A stretch of 64,000 bases of DNA. It comes from Planctomycetota bacterium. GTDB taxonomy: Bacteria > Planctomycetota > SZUA-567 > H5-PLA8. The stretch is taken from positions 161,272 through 225,271 of the forward strand of contig JBBRPR010000006.1 of the NCBI GenBank assembly GCA_038227875.1. The letters run 5' to 3'. Positions 9,042-18,176 of the stretch are shown here, in pieces. The position numbers were made by a program, and so were the translations under genes. How positions within the stretch are numbered: the stretch's first letter is position 1; the number at the start of each line of letters is the position of its first letter. The notes beneath the pieces were generated by a model. That model did not search any database and was not told the DNA's origin. It saw only the letters and a list, made by a program, of their open reading frames with translations.

Positions 9042-10757
9042 TTATTCGTAGCGGATCTTGAACACCACGCCCAATCCGCGGCAGTGGGGACAGCGGTAGG
9101 TGGTGTGCGTATCATCCTGCTCAACGCCGTACGTGCCTTTGCTGTCGCAATGTTCGCAGGGCACTTCCACCACGCTCTTCACGCGGAAAATGTGCTCTGC
9201 GGCAATCGCGCGCAGAATTCCAATCTGCGTCTCGGCACTCTGATGTTCCCACCACACGTTCGGATCGTCGCTGGTTTCCGCGAGCCAATCCTTATCCGGC
9301 TTGGACGGCTCCTGCGGTCGCGCACCGTCAATGAACAGCGGCTTGGATTTTGCGCCCGGACGCAGCCAGCTGCCTTTGCCGTAATTGGCTTCCTGAATGC
9401 TGCCGTAATTGGCTTCGACATTCAATTTTCCGTCTTCGTAATGGCCCCTGGCCCCGGTGATGCGGCTGTCGAAAATCTCGAGCGCCTTCTCGTCGCTGAT
9501 GTTCATTTTCGTGGCCAGTGCCGAGATCAGTTCCGCCTTCAGTCCTGTCCGCTTTTTCGTGTTGGTGGCGTAGTCGAGTATCTGATCGTACGTCGGCCGG
9601 CGCACGTCGGACGTGTCGCCGGTTTCGAGCTGGATGTCGACCATCGCCAGAATGTCCTTCTGGGAAATGCTCAATTCCATGTCGCCGCACTTCAGGCCGA
9701 CGTAGCCGGAGAATTCCGCCTTCGTCTGCGTGCCGCGGAAGATGTCGCCGTGCGTGGTCGTGATCTGCTTGCCGGGTATGGCGGGGACGAGATTGCCCTT
9801 GGCGTCGAGCTTGTAACTGCGCATCACTTCCTTGTCGCAGAGATTAAGGAAGATCTGATACGAGAGCGGAATGAGGTTGCGCTTGAGCTCCTGCCGCGCG
9901 CCGGCTTCAATTTTGGCGCGCATCGCATCCCAGCGGCTCTTGTACTCCGAGTTGGGAAAATTGCGGTCGAGCTTCGCGAGGATGTCGCTGGCCTCCAGCC
10001 AGTTTTCAGTCAGCTTCGCGTGCTCCAGTTCCTGAAACACACGCATGGCCGAGCGGCGCGCGTCCTCGTTGAGCACCATCATGCGGAATTCAGACTGTGT
10101 CTCGCGGGTGCGCGGATCGATGATCTCCGCGCACTTCAGGTTATCGAGCGCTTCGTGGTAGAGCTCAATCTCCGCGCAGCGCTTAGCCAGCGCCAGGTAC
10201 GCGGCGGCGTCATTGGCGGCGGGTGGCTTCTGCGTCAGCCAGCGCTGGTAGACTTCCTGCGGCGTGTAGAAATCGCATTCGTACGCGTCGAGGGGTTCTT
10301 CGGTCTGAACGTCCTTCTCGGAAATCAGCAGCAGCGGTGCGCCGCAGGTTTTGAAGGCGCGATGACCGTAGGCATTGCGCTCGGGCATCGGCAGTGCGAC
10401 CAGTTCTTTGCCGCTGGCCAGATGCACCCGCGCGCCGCGGACCTTCTCGCCCCAGACCGTCCGTCCGTCGTGCTCGTCGAGGCCGAAGTACTTCTTGACG
10501 CGGCGACGCTCGTTGGACTCCAGGTCCTTCCAGAACAGTTCCACCGTCTGCCCGGTGTCGCTGAGTTTCATGCGAAAACTCTTCTCGGTCGCCGGCAGCA
10601 CCCGCGTCCCGGAAATCGGCAGCCCGCCGATGACCACTGTCATCTCTTCGGCTTGAGGTGTGGACGTGGAATTCTGCGGGCTCGTCAGCGTTTCAGCCGA
10701 CAACGCGCGTAAAGCCATTAAGGCCAGCACGATAAGAATGGGACAGCGGTGATACAT
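9042..10757 (-). CDS. Secreted hypothetical protein with TPR-like helices and a C-terminal DnaJ-type zinc ribbon
   Basis: Signal peptide, helical repeats, and CEHCDSKG...CPHCRGLG at the C-terminus. Confidence 0.75.
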   Translation of the reverse strand: MYHRCPILIVLALMALRALSAETLTSPQNSTSTPQAEEMTVVIGGLPISGTRVLPATEKSFRMKLSDTGQTVELFWKDLESNERRRVKKYFGLDEHDGRTVWGEKVRGARVHLASGKELVALPMPERNAYGHRAFKTCGAPLLLISEKDVQTEEPLDAYECDFYTPQEVYQRWLTQKPPAANDAAAYLALAKRCAEIELYHEALDNLKCAEIIDPRTRETQSEFRMMVLNEDARRSAMRVFQELEHAKLTENWLEASDILAKLDRNFPNSEYKSRWDAMRAKIEAGARQELKRNLIPLSYQIFLNLCDKEVMRSYKLDAKGNLVPAIPGKQITTTHGDIFRGTQTKAEFSGYVGLKCGDMELSISQKDILAMVDIQLETGDTSDVRRPTYDQILDYATNTKKRTGLKAELISALATKMNISDEKALEIFDSRITGARGHYEDGKLNVEANYGSIQEANYGKGSWLRPGAKSKPLFIDGARPQEPSKPDKDWLAETSDDPNVWWEHQSAETQIGILRAIAAEHIFRVKSVVEVPCEHCDSKGTYGVEQDDTHTTYRCPHCRGLGVVFKIRYE

Positions 10758-11134
10758 GCCGGATCAAATCCCTTTGGATAGTCTGACTGAACCGGACATT
10801 TGACGACACAATTCAATAATTGTTACGAAAGAACTACGGTGAATCAGCAATGGGACAATTCGCTTAATCGCGGAAATAATGACCGGCGAAGTCTCCCCTA
10901 AAATTCATGGCCATGGCGGGTCGTTGCCAGAGAAAAAGGTACTGCCCGCCGCCAAAAGATTCGATCACATACCGGGGGCTTTCTGTGCGGGCGACTGTGT
11001 CGTCGCGCATAAATGCGCATTTGCCTGTCGTCCCATGACCCCACGAAACTTGAATCGCATCCACGCTTTCCGTGAAGCGTCGGGCGCCAGCGTCGTCCTG
11101 CACTGTACACGGCACGCAGCGAGGATCCGGCATC

Positions 11135-12472
11135 ATGATCGTCCGAAAGTTCACCGCTTTGTTGGCACTGACAACACTGACGTTCTGTCTCCAAATCCGG
11201 GGTTCCGAACCGTACGAACCACCGCCGCAGTACAAAGTCACCGACGTGATCCCGCCCGACGTCACGCCGGGTGAGTTGTTCCAGATCGACGACACCGTAG
11301 TCGCGTCGAATTTCTACTATTATTTCCACGTCGCCTCAAAATTTGGCAACTACGAGGTCGCATCCGTGAATTTGCTCCGCACGCGCGCGCATGAAATCGA
11401 AGTGCTCACGCAGAATCCCGACGACCCGGGCACCGGCGAGTTCGCCGATTCGGTCAAGACGGAACTGACTGCCAACGCCAAAGGCGTGGTCAAAGCCGTG
11501 GCCGCGCCGGTGAAGACCGTCAAGGCGGTGGCGACGGGCATCAAGCGCGACAGCCAGAACGCCATCGATATGCTCTTCCGCAAAAATCGCAATCAGCCCA
11601 AGGAAGCTTTTTTCATCGGCGAAGAACGCCGGAAGCTCGCCTGCGCGGTGGGGCTCGATCTGTACTCCACCAACCCGGCCGTGCAGGACTTCCTGACCGC
11701 TCACGCCAAGGCGCGTACGGCGGGGACCACGTTCGTAAGCGTCAGCTTCAGCATCACGACCACGGTGGTGCCGGTGCTCTCCCCCGTCGGTTGGGCGATC
11801 TCTGCGGGGAAGTACCGCGACCAGGCCTACGCCAAAGTCGACACGCTCTCCGCGATCGATCTCTACCGCTACAATGACGACCTGCTGAAGAGCATGGACG
11901 TCGATAAGGAACTGCGCGTCCGCTTCCTGGAATACCCCGACTTCACGCCGCGCCAGAAGACAGAGATCGTCGCGGCTTTGAAGTCGCTGGAGAAGCTCAG
12001 TGACAAGAACGATTTCATCGCCGCCGTGCAGGAATTTCATCCGGTCGAAGGCATCTGGCCGGTCGAATGCGCCGCAATGCTGGCCAAGTTCGACAACGTC
12101 GGTGATGCCGTCACCAGTGTGAGCGCCAGCGGCCCGGCGCTTTCGGCCCGGAGCGTCAGCGGCAAGGACGTGGTCGTCTTCCCCGCCGATGTGCTGTATT
12201 GGAACTACGACGCCGCGAAGGTCTTCGAGTCCTTCGCGCCCGGCAAGCCCGACGGCCAGCGCGTCTGCGTGGTCTCCGGTCAGATCACCTCCCGCGCACG
12301 CGCGGAACTCGAAAAGCGCGGCTTCGTGGTTCATGAGCGGTACTTGTTCGACGCCGCTCCGGCTGCTCCTATCACCCCGACTGCCTCCGTTGCCCCGGCC
12401 GCTGAGGCCACGAGCAACAAGATCCCCGAATCCCGCGCTGAATTCCACGTTGCACATCAAGGAGTGGACTAA
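11135..12472 (+). CDS. Secreted hypothetical protein
   Basis: Signal peptide from MIVRKFTALL; long ORF with host-like codon usage. Confidence 0.75.
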   Translation: MIVRKFTALLALTTLTFCLQIRGSEPYEPPPQYKVTDVIPPDVTPGELFQIDDTVVASNFYYYFHVASKFGNYEVASVNLLRTRAHEIEVLTQNPDDPGTGEFADSVKTELTANAKGVVKAVAAPVKTVKAVATGIKRDSQNAIDMLFRKNRNQPKEAFFIGEERRKLACAVGLDLYSTNPAVQDFLTAHAKARTAGTTFVSVSFSITTTVVPVLSPVGWAISAGKYRDQAYAKVDTLSAIDLYRYNDDLLKSMDVDKELRVRFLEYPDFTPRQKTEIVAALKSLEKLSDKNDFIAAVQEFHPVEGIWPVECAAMLAKFDNVGDAVTSVSASGPALSARSVSGKDVVVFPADVLYWNYDAAKVFESFAPGKPDGQRVCVVSGQITSRARAELEKRGFVVHERYLFDAAPAAPITPTASVAPAAEATSNKIPESRAEFHVAHQGVD

Positions 12473-12573
12473 GCCGCCCCGAACTCGCTAAAGCACACCC
12501 CTCCTCCGGACGATGATAAGGAACCGCATTCGATAGGTTCATCAGCGGCCAACAAAGTCCGGGGGGACTGACC

Positions 12574-12795
12574 TTGTTCTGCTACGCCTGCAACCAATCC
12601 ACCATCGGCCATGCCGCTGACCAGACGCGCTGCGAACACTGCAGGCGGGTCCTGTGGGAAGCTCTCGCGCAGCCGTGTTCGACCAAGCCGATGCGCGACA
12701 TTCCGTATAAAGCGCTGTGTAAGTTTGGAGCGGGAACGGTGAAGGGCGGACAGAAGCTGCTAGAGCTGGAATCCATACAGAATGATGGGAAGTAG
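12574..12795 (+). CDS. Small putative zinc-ribbon protein
   Basis: CYAC...CEHC pairs, a G-rich SD-like sequence upstream and a TTG start. Confidence 0.4.
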   Translation: MFCYACNQSTIGHAADQTRCEHCRRVLWEALAQPCSTKPMRDIPYKALCKFGAGTVKGGQKLLELESIQNDGK

Positions 12796-12801
12796 AAGTA
12801 C

Positions 12802-12858
12802 GGCAATTTTGAATTCTTAGTTGCTGCCGCGGCGAAGTGAGTTCAAAATTCAATTGCC
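12802..12858. repeat. Short heptamer-type hairpin (TTTTGAA / TTCAAAA)
   Basis: GGCAATTTTGAATT...TTCAAAATTCAATTGCC between convergent genes; same unit as 18054-18142. Confidence 0.6.
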
Positions 12859-12879
12859 ATAGAAGGTCCAACTCGCGGC

Positions 12880-14892
12880 TTACTGTTTCTGCAGTGCATC
12901 CACTTCGCTTTCCAGCTTGAGCCGTTCGTTGAGCTTGTCGATGGCGATTGCGTTCGCCGCGTTGTATTTATTGAACGCCTCCATGTACTTCTTTTCAAGC
13001 TGCTGCACTTCCTCCTGACCGCGTAGCTCGGCCTCTTCCATTTTGTGCATCTGAGCTTCCAGGGCGTCCTTGCCGTCGTCCCGCGGCGGGGGCTTTCCGT
13101 TCGGGCGGCGTTGACCCGGCGGCGGAGGAGGCGGCGGCGGGCCAAGGGCGTCGCGGAATTCCTGAACTTTGATGTGCAGCTTGTTGAGATTGTTCACGGC
13201 TTCGTTGCGGGTCACCGTCAGCGCGTTGACCTGGTCAGCCCATTTCTGCTGGTCGTCGATCGCTTTGTGGGCCGCGTCCACGGCTGCTTTCAAAGCGCGT
13301 TGCACCCTCTGGATTTTCTCGGCGCGCGCGTCGGACGTCCCGGGCCTCGCAGTGGGATCGATGTCTGCCGGCGTGATCACCACCACATGATTGTCAGCCT
13401 GCGGCTGAACCCGTTGGAACTTTGCAGCTTCGGCAGCCTGCTGAACTTTGAGGCGCGCGGCTTCAGCCTCCGCGGCTTTTGCGCGCTGCAACTGTTCTCC
13501 AGTGGCGAGGCGGAGTTTCTCTTCGTCGGCCTTGGCCTGAAGCGCGGCGCGGGCTTCCTCAGCGGCGCGGGCGTCTTCCACGAGTTGATGCTGGTGCGCA
13601 AGCCACAACCCGCCGCCGACCAGCAGCAGCGCGCCAAAAAGTAGCGCGATCACCGGGCTGCCTGAACTTCGCGTCGGTCGCGGCCGATAGGCCGGGTCGG
13701 GCGCCTCGAGAGCGGCGGCCGCGGCATATGGATTGAGCTTCGTATTGGGATTGGCGTTGCCGGCTCCGACTCCGATGGCACCCATGGCCAGCGTTTCGTC
13801 GTCGGCCGGACGGACCAGGGTTGCGTTGGCTCCGGAGGCGCGTGCGCGAATCGGCTTGGTCAACCGATTTGTCAGCATCCCGCGGCAGGCCTGGAGCCCC
13901 TGCAGCAGAGCGACCGCGTCTTCAAAGCGGCGCTGTGGGCGCTTCGACAGGCAACGGTCGATCAGCGTCGAGACTTCCAGCGAGACATCGGGGCGATGAA
14001 TGGTGATCGGGCGGTGCGACTTCTGGATCGTGTTGAGTACCGTTTCCAGCGTCGTGCTGCCAGTGAACGGCGCATGACCACAGAGCAGCGCGTAAAGCGT
14101 CGCGCCCATGCTGAAAACATCGGCGGGCTTGCCGGCGTTTTTGGCGTCGTTGGCCTGCTCCGGCGACATGAAGCCCGGCGTGCCCATCACGTTCTGCGCC
14201 GCCGTCAACGACTGCACGGTCTGATCGTTGCGCGCCAATCCCAGATCCGAAAGCTTGGCCTGCTTGAATTGGAAGGTACCGCTGACCCGGTCGCGTGGAA
14301 TGAGAATGTTCTCCGGCTTGATGTCGCGGTGAATCACGCCCGCCGCATGCGCCGCGATCAGGCCTTCGGTGGCGGCGATGCAGATGTCGAGCGCGATGTC
14401 TTCGCTGAGGCCGGCCAGGTTTTCCTTGGCCATCGTTTCGCGGCAGTACTCACCGCCGGTGCGGCCGTCGACGAACTCCATGACCAGATAGAACAGCCCG
14501 GCCTCTTCGTTGACGTCCATCACGCTGACCAGGTGTGGCGATTTCACTTTCGCGGCGATCTGCGCTTCGCGGAAGAAGCGTTGAACGAGTGTTGGATCCT
14601 GGTTGGCCATCTGGAACGGCAGGACCTTTACGGCGACTTCGAGCATCAGGCGGGTGTGCACGCCGAAGTAGACGGCTCCCATGCCGCCCTGCCCCAGTTT
14701 GGCCAGCAGGGGGATGCCACCGAGCGACGGGACGGTTAGTTGATTGAACGAAACGCGCGGTGCCGGCTTGAGCAGGCCTTCGTCGCTGAGGTCCACTGCC
14801 GGTACGGAATAGCGGGTCGTGGCAACGGTCGGTGGCAGGCCTCCGGCCGTCATGGCGAGCGTCTTATCCTGGGCATCGGAGGTCGGTGTCAT
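12880..14892 (-). CDS. Hanks-type Ser/Thr protein kinase with TM and extracytoplasmic coiled coil
   Basis: LGQGGMGAVY, VAVK, HRDIKPEN, DLG, GTPGFMSPE and DVFSMG motifs, one TM, then a coiled coil with a poly-Pro tract. Confidence 0.95.
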   Translation of the reverse strand: MTPTSDAQDKTLAMTAGGLPPTVATTRYSVPAVDLSDEGLLKPAPRVSFNQLTVPSLGGIPLLAKLGQGGMGAVYFGVHTRLMLEVAVKVLPFQMANQDPTLVQRFFREAQIAAKVKSPHLVSVMDVNEEAGLFYLVMEFVDGRTGGEYCRETMAKENLAGLSEDIALDICIAATEGLIAAHAAGVIHRDIKPENILIPRDRVSGTFQFKQAKLSDLGLARNDQTVQSLTAAQNVMGTPGFMSPEQANDAKNAGKPADVFSMGATLYALLCGHAPFTGSTTLETVLNTIQKSHRPITIHRPDVSLEVSTLIDRCLSKRPQRRFEDAVALLQGLQACRGMLTNRLTKPIRARASGANATLVRPADDETLAMGAIGVGAGNANPNTKLNPYAAAAALEAPDPAYRPRPTRSSGSPVIALLFGALLLVGGGLWLAHQHQLVEDARAAEEARAALQAKADEEKLRLATGEQLQRAKAAEAEAARLKVQQAAEAAKFQRVQPQADNHVVVITPADIDPTARPGTSDARAEKIQRVQRALKAAVDAAHKAIDDQQKWADQVNALTVTRNEAVNNLNKLHIKVQEFRDALGPPPPPPPPGQRRPNGKPPPRDDGKDALEAQMHKMEEAELRGQEEVQQLEKKYMEAFNKYNAANAIAIDKLNERLKLESEVDALQKQ

Positions 14893-15002
14893 AAGAGTTG
14901 TTTGCTTGCACCTCACTAGTGACCTGTTAACTTTTGCACTCGTTCAACACCGCCAAAGTCGCTCCAGTCAGGCCTGAGCGCAAACGAGAGGGGACAGGCC
15001 TA

Positions 15003-16958
15003 ATGTCGCCGCACATCCAGGTTTTACACGTCCGTAAATTCGCAACAGTCATGCTCCTGTGCGTCACCGCGCTTTTTGCATCGCCAAGTGTAGCAGAAGA
15101 GAAACAACCTCCCGTCCAAACGTCACCTAATCCGACACCAAAGGCGGAATTGGTAACACAACCCGCCGATGGATCGAAAACCGAGCAACCCCGGAGCCAA
15201 GGCGGACAGAATCCGACGGAAACTAAAACCGACGCTCAAAAGAAAATCGAAGCGTCGATGGACCACCTGTCACCTGTGCGCCCGAACGCCGTTTTTCTCG
15301 CGGTTGATGAATGTATTGAAATTGCCGTACAGAACAATCTGGGGCTGCGCATCAACCGGCTCAGCGACCGTGAAGTGGACATCACTGTCCGCACGGCCTG
15401 GGCGCAATATTTTCCGGAATTCAGCACCGGAATTCTGCACTCCAACAATGCGCCGAAACCAAGCAACGTCCCCGGCCCGGAAGTCGCCGGCGTCTCGACG
15501 ACAGACAACGCCGGAACCAACGAAATCAGCGGCGGATTGACGCAGAGATCGCCCTACGGCACGACGCTCGACTTCAGCATCAACGAAGCGCGCACCAGCT
15601 TCGACCGCCACGAATCGAACGGCAGCTACGGCGTCAACATCACGCAGCCGCTGTGGAAAGGCGCGAGCCTCGACGTGGGCCTGAAGAACATCCGCCAGAG
15701 CCGCATCCGCCGCTTGATCTCCCGCGGCTCGCTGGAACTGGATACACAATCGCTGATCTTCCAAGTCCGGCAAGGCTACGCGAACATCATCCGCCAGAAG
15801 CAGAATCTCGATGTCGACAACCAAGCCGTCGTCACCGCCAAGACGTTTCTCGATCTCACCGCCGCGCGCGAAGCCGCCGGACAGGTGACGAAGCTCGACG
15901 TCTCCAACGCTGAAGTGCAGCTGCAAAACCGCCGCTTGAGCGCCCTGCAGGACCGCCAGGCGCTGGAACTGGCGCTCGACCAGTTGAAGATCCTGATGGA
16001 CGTCGACCTGGAAGAAAACATCGGCATCGACGCGCCGGCGGTGGACTTTGGTGACAAGATCGAAGAAGGCGTCACCAAGGAACTGATCATGAACCGCGAA
16101 GAGGGCACCGTCGCGCTGGAAATTAAAAAGAACAACCAGGCGGTCGGCGCGCCTCGCGAACTGTTCCGCGCTCAGCGCTACGACGAAAGCGTAATCCTGG
16201 ATGAAGCGCTGAAGAACCGCGTCGACCTGCTCAACTCCCGCCGCGCCGTGGCCGTCCAGAAGCTGGAGACCGCCGCCGCCAAGAACGGACTGGGCCACGA
16301 AATCGACCTGGTGGGCAGCTACGGCCGCTCGATGGCCGGGCATTCGGTCATCGAAAGCGACAACGGTTCGGAGGCGCATCACTGGTCCTATGGCGTGAAC
16401 GCCAAGATCCCGTGGGGCAAGATTTCCGACCGCGGCATCTACGAGAACGCGCTGCTGGAAGTCGAGAAGTCCGAGATCGCGCTGAAGGGTGCGCGTACGA
16501 GCGTTCAATCCGACGTCCGCAACATCCTGCGCAATATCCGCGTCGCCGAAGAAAGTTTGCTGATCCAGGGCCAGCAGGTGGAACAGGCCAAGCGCTCGGC
16601 GGAAGCCGCGCAGATCAGTTTCGAACGCGGACTGCAGAGCAGCTTCGACGTAATCAATGCTGAAAACGCGCTGCTCTCGGCCAAGCGCGGATTCATCAAC
16701 AGCCGCCTCGACTACTTGATTTTCATCGCGCAACTGGAGCTGGTCGTCGGCAAGCCGACCGGCCGCGTGAATCTGGAAGGCCAGTCCGTCGGCGGCCTGA
16801 TCGATTCGCACATCCCCGAAGAGCTGCGCGAGAAGGGCATGCCCAAGCGCGCCCCCGAGGCCGATGCAACCGATAACGAAAACCCGTGGAACAAGAGTCG
16901 GCAATACCGAAACGACTACAAGCCGGACCGGCGCAATCCGGTGTCGCCGGAGAAGTGA
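15003..16958 (+). CDS. TolC-family outer-membrane efflux protein
   Basis: Signal peptide, 'CIEIAVQNNLGL', 'QPLWKG', and two OEP repeats (AGQVTKLDVSNAEVQL; GLQSSFDVINAE). Confidence 0.9.
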   Translation: MSPHIQVLHVRKFATVMLLCVTALFASPSVAEEKQPPVQTSPNPTPKAELVTQPADGSKTEQPRSQGGQNPTETKTDAQKKIEASMDHLSPVRPNAVFLAVDECIEIAVQNNLGLRINRLSDREVDITVRTAWAQYFPEFSTGILHSNNAPKPSNVPGPEVAGVSTTDNAGTNEISGGLTQRSPYGTTLDFSINEARTSFDRHESNGSYGVNITQPLWKGASLDVGLKNIRQSRIRRLISRGSLELDTQSLIFQVRQGYANIIRQKQNLDVDNQAVVTAKTFLDLTAAREAAGQVTKLDVSNAEVQLQNRRLSALQDRQALELALDQLKILMDVDLEENIGIDAPAVDFGDKIEEGVTKELIMNREEGTVALEIKKNNQAVGAPRELFRAQRYDESVILDEALKNRVDLLNSRRAVAVQKLETAAAKNGLGHEIDLVGSYGRSMAGHSVIESDNGSEAHHWSYGVNAKIPWGKISDRGIYENALLEVEKSEIALKGARTSVQSDVRNILRNIRVAEESLLIQGQQVEQAKRSAEAAQISFERGLQSSFDVINAENALLSAKRGFINSRLDYLIFIAQLELVVGKPTGRVNLEGQSVGGLIDSHIPEELREKGMPKRAPEADATDNENPWNKSRQYRNDYKPDRRNPVSPEK

Positions 16959-17074
16959 CGCGGAATTCAAAATTCAAAAACGCACGCGGAAGTGAGCGTG
17001 CGATGGGTGCGCAGGCGCTAGAGTAGTAGACGTCCGCTCATCCGTGTTTTGCGCACCCCCTCGGGGAACCCCAC

Positions 17075-17102
17075 AACCCTGTCGTAAATTTACGACAGGG
17101 TT
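17075..17102. promoter_or_regulatory. Perfect 28-bp palindrome, putative protein-binding site
   Basis: AACCCTGTCGTAAATTTACGACAGGGTT is its own reverse complement, with no loop. Confidence 0.6.
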
Positions 17103-17291
17103 AGCATCTGGTTTGCCGGGTTTTATCTTTTGACCACCGGTCCAAATTTGACACGTGTAACATTTGAAGCGTTTGCACGGGGTGAAGTACCACACTTACT
17201 TCATAGGTAAATGTGACCGAATGTTACAAAATGTTACATGAAACGCGGGGTTTTCAATTTCCCGTACAACAGCGTTGTTGTACCTCGGATC

Positions 17292-17337
17292 GTATCGCGG
17301 GCGTTCCGGGTTGCTTTGGGCGGGACGCCCGCGATAC
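17292..17337. repeat. Short inverted REP pair
   Basis: GTATCGCGGGCGTTCCG ... CGGGACGCCCGCGATAC; same family as 19856-19991. Confidence 0.75.
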
Positions 17338-17531
17338 ACTCTCTGGGCACGACCGGGCTATTCAGTTTTCAGAGAACAGTGGTAGTTCAACTAATAACTA
17401 TAGACCGTGAAATGGGTGAAGTCAAGACATATGTTAAATAAATATTAGGTATTCTCTCGGTCGATTTCCAAAATCACCTTGACCACGCACAATGCGATGC
17501 TACATTGTGCATGCGGTTTGAGGGCTGTCAC

Positions 17532-18053
17532 ATGAAACGACTACCTTTCTTCATCGAGGTCTGGGAGAGCGGCAACAATGCCGAGCTCCGGCTCTGCCAG
17601 AAAGTGATGACGCGGCTGTTCAAGCAGGGTATCGCCCCCCTCCCCTTTGCCACGACCCCGCGCGAAGTCGGCGATGTCGTTCAGGCGCTCCGCAAGCAGC
17701 GGATGGAGCCGGCGCTGTTCATCGTCAACACGTTCTGGGCCGAGACGACGCTGCCGGATCTCGACCCTTATATGGGCGAAACGCCGGTGCTGTTCTTCCG
17801 CCGCGAGCTTTTCACGCCGAAGGAAATTCTCGGCCAGGATCCCAACCGCGGCAACACCACCGCGACCATCCGCAACATGACCCCGCGCGAATGCTCCGTC
17901 TGGTGCTTCGGCGCGAAGAACACGGACACCATCGCCGACCGCGCCGCCGGTGCCGTCGCCAAGTATTTGCAGGACGGCGTGTTCGCCAACATCGAACGCA
18001 TGAATCCGACGCAGTCGGTCGGGATCGGTGCGAGTCGACGCGCGTTTGAGTGA
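17532..18053 (+). CDS. Hypothetical protein, possible pseudo-receiver domain
   Basis: GAGG SD-like sequence and host-like codon usage; PALFIVN and TPVLFF resemble beta3 and beta4 of the REC fold. Confidence 0.65.
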   Translation: MKRLPFFIEVWESGNNAELRLCQKVMTRLFKQGIAPLPFATTPREVGDVVQALRKQRMEPALFIVNTFWAETTLPDLDPYMGETPVLFFRRELFTPKEILGQDPNRGNTTATIRNMTPRECSVWCFGAKNTDTIADRAAGAVAKYLQDGVFANIERMNPTQSVGIGASRRAFE

Positions 18054-18142
18054 AATTTTGAATTTTGAGTTTTGAATTGAGAGCAACGGCAGGCGCTCTC
18101 GCGTCAGCACAACTCAAAACTACCAACTCAAAACTCAAAACT
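18054..18142. repeat. Inverted heptamer tandem-repeat hairpin (TTTTGAR / CTCAAAA)
   Basis: TTTTGAA TTTTGAG TTTTGAA ... CTCAAAA CTACCAA CTCAAAA CTCAAAA between convergent genes. Confidence 0.9.
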
Positions 18143-18176
18143 ATCCCTGCTCCAAGCAACTCAAGGAGCGCATCGC

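Noticed and set aside
8673..10712. Long antisense ORFs (also 15270..16970, 18345..19811, 27312..29456, 42213..43925, 59319..60965 and others)
   Set aside because: Typical high-GC shadow ORFs opposite well-supported genes, with no motifs.
16974..17195. 73-aa minus-strand ORF spanning the 28-bp palindrome
   Set aside because: No SD, atypical composition, and it overlaps non-coding motifs; likely spurious.
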